A stretch of DNA of 23,240 bases from positions 1 to 23,240 of the forward strand of contig JAHLWH010000083.1 of NCBI GenBank assembly GCA_019058015.1, given 5' to 3'. Below the pieces are notes generated by a model. That model was not told where the DNA came from. It saw only the letters and a list, made by a program, of their open reading frames with translations, and ran no database searches. Source of the stretch: Promethearchaeota archaeon. GTDB taxonomy: Archaea > Asgardarchaeota > Lokiarchaeia > Sigyniarchaeales > SOKP01. Position 1 is the stretch's first letter. Every line of letters begins with the position of its first letter. Shown here in pieces: positions 17,269 through 23,240 of the stretch. A program made the position numbers and the translations under genes.

Positions 17269-20019
17269 ATGGTTGATTTTTTTTGGGTTTTACTTTATTA
17301 CGGTTTTTTTTGTTTTCTAATTTTCATTAATTTTCTATTTTTCCTTTTAAGAAAAAGAGGATTTAACATACCCAACCATAAGAAATCAATATTATTTCTA
17401 AATACAACGAATATATTCTTTTTAATTTTTTATTATATATTTCAAATTAATATAAAATCTGAATCAGTTCCGTTAAATGTCTTTATTTCTCTTATATTAA
17501 TTGGTATAATTCTTTCAATAATATTACTAGTTTTGTCATCCTTTTATCCAGTTAATAGGAAAATTATAGATTTATCGATTCCCTCTCGAATGGATTCAAG
17601 AAAAGGTAAAATAAAAATTGGTCGGTTGGTTAGGAAAAGGAGGAAAAGATTTAATTTTTATTTAACAAAAAAAGACTTAGAAAGACATATGTTTATTTTT
17701 GGATTTACAGGAACAGGTAAAAGCAATTTTGTACAAAATTTTTTAATAAATTTTAAAAAAAGAGAAAGTATTCCATTTTTTTTAGTAGAATTTAAAGGAG
17801 AATATAAGTTTCTATGTAAAAGGTTAAAGAATATTTTAATTTTATCTCCTGGAGAAAATTTTTCAATTAATATTTTCAATCCGGAATTTACAATTCCATC
17901 TATTCATGCTGAAAAAATATTTGAGATCTTAAAAAGCTCACAATTTCTCGAATCTAAAGTTGAATATACACCACAAATGGAAAAAGTTTTAATAGATCTC
18001 CTAATAAATGTTTGTAATAAAAAAAATGCAAGAAATTGGCAAAGTTTTCATAATTTTTGTGAAGAATATTTACTTAAATATGAAAATCAAATCCCCCAAT
18101 TAAAACAAACGATTATAAGCATAAAGAATAGGATTCGTAGGTTTTCTGAAGGACCTTTAAAAAAAGTTTTTGAAAATAATACATCAATTTCTATAAAAGA
18201 GATTTTACAAAGAGATTGTATTTTAGATTTAAGTTCAATTATTCGTCTTGGTGGAGATAAAGAGGATTTAATTTTCTTTTTAAACGTTATACTTAAATAT
18301 TTGTGGGATTATAACTTAGAATCTGGCATGTATCAGGGGATTAAACACGTTACTATTGTTGAAGACGCTCAATATTTTGCTCCAAAAAGTAAAACTAAAA
18401 AAAGTAAATTAAGTACTTATTTAGAGGATATTGCCTTATTACTAAGGGGAACTGGTGAATGTCTTATATGTATTGCCACTCGACCTGATATAAGTGAAGA
18501 AATATTAGCAAATTCAGGTGTTGTTGTAAGTTTTAAAAATTATTATGAAAAGGAAATATTGGGAGAATTAATGTCTTTACCAAAAGATCATTATGATTAT
18601 TTATCTTATTTAAATGAAGGTCAATGTATTGTAAGAGTAAATTCAATGAAAGAACCATTTGTTCTTCAAATTCCTTTTAAGGCAGAAAAAAAAAGTAAAT
18701 TAGACCCAAAGCTAGAGAATCAAATTTTGATTTTACTGAAAAAGAAGATCAAAACATTATTTAATTCGATAAAAAAAGGATTAAAATTTAAATCTATTAA
18801 CTTTGAAAAGTCATTTAGAAGAACTAAACATGAAATTTTGAACCCCTTTAATAGAAATAATAAAAATTTAGTTGAGTTTAAAAAAGATACAGAGGATAAG
18901 TTTTCAAATAACGCTGAAAGAAATACTATGAAAAATTTTTATGAGAAAAAGAAAATAACAATTAAAAATTTAAAAGAGCGGATCAAGAGTGCTCAAAAAT
19001 ATTATTTGAGTAAATCTTTTGAATATTGTAAACTGGAATGCAAAAATATCATTGAGGAACTTTTAGAGCAAATAGCATGTCGACTAAATTACAAATTCTA
19101 TAATATTAATGATTTTCTAGCGAATATTGAAAAAAATCAATTAAAAAAGAGTTTTATTATATATTCAGAATTAAAGAAACTCAGTAAAATTATTGAAATA
19201 AGCGATTCTTCAGGAAAAATTTCTGCAGAGGATGCTAATCTCCTTTTAAAATATACCAAAAAAGTATTCTTGAAATTAAATAATTTAAGAAAAAGCTTTA
19301 ATGGTAAAAATAGAAAATTTCATAGTGCGTATGAATATTATTTTAACGAGTTAAAAGAGGACATCGATTCAAATGAACTTATCAACGTTGAGGTGAAAGG
19401 AGAAACAGATGAAAAAAAAATTCCTAATTATTTATTAATATTATCAATTTTTGACAATACAAAAGGACCTATTCAGTTCTTAAAAATTTCAAGCTTAAAA
19501 TTATCAGATAAACTTCAGTCGATTATCTTTTCTTCTTTTAATGACAATATTGAAAGTAAGATACTTGTTCAAGAAGGATATAATATCTATAATCAATCAT
19601 TTCAAATCTCATCTAAATGGAGTCGAGAATTCAAAGAGAATGTATTATTATCTTTACTCTTTAAAGAAACAGAAATCTCAAAGGAAGTTGATAATACACA
19701 AATTTTTAATATATTAAATGCATCAATTAATGAGATTAAAAATAATAAAATGATTTTTAAAGGGTTTTATTTTCATAAAAGAACGAATTATTTTTCGAAA
19801 TTAGCAGTTAATCAAAAGGAAATACTTGAAAATTATAAAATTCTAAAAAAGATTTTTATTAAATTAAACAGAAAAATAAAATCCCTTTTTATGTCTTTTA
19901 AAAATTTTGAATTTTCTACCAAAAAGGAACAAGATTTTCAACTTTTAAAGCAATTAATTGAAAATTTAATTGAGCCAAATAACCCAAATAATTTAATTAA
20001 TGAAAAAATAGTCTCTTAA
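17269..20019 (+). CDS. Membrane-anchored HerA/FtsK-like ATPase with long helical C-terminal region
   Basis: 916-aa ORF; about three N-terminal hydrophobic segments, Walker A GFTGTGKS, Walker B-like HVTIVEDAQYFAP, ATRPDISEEILANSGVVVSFKNYYE. Confidence 0.82.
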   Translation: MVDFFWVLLYYGFFCFLIFINFLFFLLRKRGFNIPNHKKSILFLNTTNIFFLIFYYIFQINIKSESVPLNVFISLILIGIILSIILLVLSSFYPVNRKIIDLSIPSRMDSRKGKIKIGRLVRKRRKRFNFYLTKKDLERHMFIFGFTGTGKSNFVQNFLINFKKRESIPFFLVEFKGEYKFLCKRLKNILILSPGENFSINIFNPEFTIPSIHAEKIFEILKSSQFLESKVEYTPQMEKVLIDLLINVCNKKNARNWQSFHNFCEEYLLKYENQIPQLKQTIISIKNRIRRFSEGPLKKVFENNTSISIKEILQRDCILDLSSIIRLGGDKEDLIFFLNVILKYLWDYNLESGMYQGIKHVTIVEDAQYFAPKSKTKKSKLSTYLEDIALLLRGTGECLICIATRPDISEEILANSGVVVSFKNYYEKEILGELMSLPKDHYDYLSYLNEGQCIVRVNSMKEPFVLQIPFKAEKKSKLDPKLENQILILLKKKIKTLFNSIKKGLKFKSINFEKSFRRTKHEILNPFNRNNKNLVEFKKDTEDKFSNNAERNTMKNFYEKKKITIKNLKERIKSAQKYYLSKSFEYCKLECKNIIEELLEQIACRLNYKFYNINDFLANIEKNQLKKSFIIYSELKKLSKIIEISDSSGKISAEDANLLLKYTKKVFLKLNNLRKSFNGKNRKFHSAYEYYFNELKEDIDSNELINVEVKGETDEKKIPNYLLILSIFDNTKGPIQFLKISSLKLSDKLQSIIFSSFNDNIESKILVQEGYNIYNQSFQISSKWSREFKENVLLSLLFKETEISKEVDNTQIFNILNASINEIKNNKMIFKGFYFHKRTNYFSKLAVNQKEILENYKILKKIFIKLNRKIKSLFMSFKNFEFSTKKEQDFQLLKQLIENLIEPNNPNNLINEKIVS

Positions 20020-20294
20020 AATACTATTTTTAAATTACTTTGATCTTAAAAACATAAATGATGATAGTTAAAAAAAATTTAATTAGAAAGAATAAATTAA
20101 TTTTAATAAATTCATTAAACTGTTATTATGATGCAATTTTATTAAAAAGATAAATAGAACTTTAATTTTAATTAAAAAAGCTCAAAATATTTATTCTGAA
20201 AATATTTTTAAAAGACTTTAATAATTATATTTTTTTAATTTAACTAAAATGCAATAAATTATATATAAATAAATTAAGTTATAAGTGAAAATAT

Positions 20295-21545
20295 GTGCTA
20301 ATCGGTGTAGTAGGGAAATTATTTTAGAATATTTATATAAAAAGATTCTAATTTAACCCTAAACCTTCTTCCGGTAAAAGTACATTCTTAAATAGTGCTT
20401 GTTTAACTCATGCTAAAGTTGGAGATTATCCCTTTACAACTATCGATCCTAATAAAGGAATAGGATATGTTAAAAAACCGTGTGTATGCAAAGAATTAAA
20501 TGTTAAGGATAATCCTAAGAATTCAAAATGTATAGAACAAATTCGTTTTATTCCTATTCAATTATTAGATGTAGCTGGTTTAGTTCCAGGAGCTCATGAA
20601 GGGAAGGGGCTTGGGAATAGATTTTTGAGTGATTTAAGCCGAGCAGATATACTATTACATATTATTGATATTACTGGATCTTTGGATGCGAATGGAAATA
20701 CAGTAGAGTCAGGGTCCCATGATCCTTATAAAGATATAATGTTTTTAGAAGACGAAATAAATTTATGGTTTAAAGGAATTATTGAAAGAGAGGATTGGGA
20801 AAAATTCTCAAGGAGAGTTATTAAGGGGAGGAATGAGCTTATTGAAGCATTGTATCAAAGATTATCTGGATTATCTATTAAAAAGAATGATATAGAGAAA
20901 TCAATTGAAAAATCTAATTTAGATGGAAAGCCAATATCTGAATGGGATAAAGCAGAACTAAATATTTTTTCAAAATTTCTTAGAGAAATCTCTAAACCGA
21001 TAATAATAATTGCTAATAAAATTGATAAAGAGATTGGTATAAAAAAAATGGATGAGCTAAAGAAAAAATATAAAAAAAAAATTATTCCATGCAGCGCTTT
21101 AGCAGAATTAATTCTTAGGAAATATAATAAGGAAGGTATTATCAAATATATGCCTGGTGATACTGATTTTATTATAATTAAAAAAAAGAATCTAAAAGAA
21201 AATGAATTGGAAACTCTAGAAAAGATTAGAGAAAAATTATTACAGGGAATTGGAGGTACAGGAGTTCAAAAAACATTAAATTATGCAGTATTTTCTTTAT
21301 TAAACCAAATTACTGTATATCCTGTTGCAAATTTAAATACTTTATCAGATAAAGATGGAAATGTACTCCCTGATGTCTTTTTAATTAGAAAAGGAATAAA
21401 ATTACGGGAATTTATTAGAGAAAAAATTCATACTGACTTAGCAAAACATTTTATTTACGGAATGGAGGTAAAATCGAAAATGAAATTAGGAGAGAATTAT
21501 TTTTTAAAAGATAATGATGTGATAAAAATTTTTTCAGCAAAATGA
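20295..21545 (+). CDS. ychF: YchF/OLA1-type (Obg-like, archaeal Ygr210-type) GTPase, interrupted by a 45-nt candidate intron
   Basis: Exon 1 GTG CTA ATC GGT GTA GTA GGG AA (20295..20317) plus exon 2 A CCT TCT TCC GGT AAA AGT... (20363..21545) gives [44 protein letters not shown]...CVCKELNVKDNPKNSKC...LLDVAGLVPGAHEGKGLGNRFL. Joined CDS is 1206 nt (402 codons). Confidence 0.85.
20318..20362 (+). other. Candidate protein-coding bulge-helix-bulge intron (45 nt) inside the P-loop codons
   Basis: In-frame stops in the insert. 4-bp helix AGGG/CCCT flanked by 3-nt bulges AA^A and AA^A; distal pairing TTA/TAA and TAGAAT/ATTCTA. Excision restores GKPSSGKS. Confidence 0.7.
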
Positions 21546-21840
21546 TTAGAATAGTTATTCTGAACGAGATGTTAAGGCAATGTATATCAAAATAAAAATT
21601 AATAAAATAACGCCCATAAGATTTATAATGAATTCATAAGTAGTTCCATCGATCCCAGGAATTTGAATTAACATAATACACAACTAAATTCTAATGAAAT
21701 TGATTATTTTTATAATTTTAATTTTCTATTTTATTAAAATTTTTTTAAGTGAAGTTTAAATATTTCTATGTTAATTTAATAGAAAAATAAAATAACATTT
21801 TTCTAACAACTCTTATATGAAAAATAAGGTTTAATAAAAA

Positions 21841-22269
21841 ATGTATAATAAAATCACAAATTATGATGAGATATATAAAATATTAGAAAGTTTATTTAAT
21901 CCTCAAAGCACAAAATTTAAAATTATTTTAGGAACAGAGGAAGGTTTAATTTTTTTTTCAAACATAAAAACGGGAGAAAAATTAATTGCATCTTTTAAAA
22001 AAATTTTAGATATTTTTTATTCAATTAACTATAAACAATTATATTTATTGAAAAAATTAATAATTCAAACAAATAATATGTATTCAATAATATTTCCTTT
22101 AAGCATTAATGTTGAAAAATATATTGTTTGGATTGAGTTTCCAAAAGGATTCTCAAGCAGGAAATGTATGATTAAAGCAGAAAATATAATAAAAAAAATA
22201 AAAGGTCTATTTTATATGAATTCAATAAAAAAAATGGACCTGACGGGAATTGAACCCGTGACCTCTTGA
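21841..22269 (+). CDS. Small protein, possibly roadblock/LC7-like; 3' end runs antisense into tRNA-Ala
   Basis: 142-aa ORF with KFKIILGTEEGLIFFSNIKTGEKLIASFKKILDIF. The last ~11 aa (DLTGIEPVTS) come from antisense tRNA sequence. Confidence 0.45.
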   Translation: MYNKITNYDEIYKILESLFNPQSTKFKIILGTEEGLIFFSNIKTGEKLIASFKKILDIFYSINYKQLYLLKKLIIQTNNMYSIIFPLSINVEKYIVWIEFPKGFSSRKCMIKAENIIKKIKGLFYMNSIKKMDLTGIEPVTS

Positions 22270-22372
22270 ACTCTTGGCCTCTTGAATGAAAATCAATCAA
22301 GCTAACGTGCAAGTCAAGCCTAAGTTTGAGTGCGAGACCGAACCCAATGATCTTCCACTGATCTACAGGCCC
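22235..22372 (-). tRNA. tRNA-Ala(TGC) with two introns
   Basis: Acceptor GGGCCTG/CAGGTCC with the G3-U70 pair, D-arm GATC-AGTGGAA-GATC, T-arm ACGGG-TTCAATT-CCCGT. Canonical 37/38 intron 22271..22307 (BHB CTTG/CAAG, bulges CA^C and AG^T). Second ~29-nt insert near 22319..22347. Mature length 72 nt. Confidence 0.88.
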
Positions 22373-22499
22373 TTATATTTCATATTACTTTAATATGTTC
22401 TTATTATTTAAAATTAATTTAAAAAAGTTTTTTAATTTTAACAAGAAGATTTGATATCAATTTCCCTAAAAGGATTTAAAAAAGATTAAGATAAATAAA

Positions 22500-23240
<741 letters not shown>

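Noticed and set aside
20019-20294. Intergenic region before the YchF gene as a possible ncRNA
   Set aside because: Extremely AT-rich with no convincing stable structure; nothing supports an RNA gene.

Overview
AT-rich archaeal chromosomal window that looks Asgard/Lokiarchaeota-like: archaeal 16S rRNA, eukaryote-type small GTPase, eIF1/SUI1, RPA-like OB-fold protein, Tsr3, group II chaperonin and roadblock-like proteins. Housekeeping genes alternate with accessory DNA. I can support: (1) two inverted paralogous coiled-coil genes (95..1528 + and 11547..12888 -), each followed directly by a degraded homing-type nuclease of a different family. One is a treble-clef repeat protein plus Vsr/PD-(D/E)XK-like nuclease, the other a GIY-YIG + NUMOD3 + HTH nuclease. 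(2) Four intron-bearing tRNAs: Asn-GTT, Glu-TTC, Leu-TAG and Ala-TGC, most with textbook bulge-helix-bulge (BHB) splice motifs. (3) The 3' part of an archaeal 16S rRNA gene with tRNA-Ala but no 23S after it. (4) A YchF/OLA1-type GTPase gene whose P-loop codons are interrupted by a 45-nt stop-containing insert. The insert carries a BHB core (AGGG/CCCT with two AA^A bulges), so it is a candidate protein-coding BHB intron missed by ORF calling. I consider this the strongest hidden signal. (5) A large membrane-anchored HerA-like ATPase with a HEPN-like C-terminal region. No CRISPR array was seen. All homology statements come from motif recognition; no search was run.
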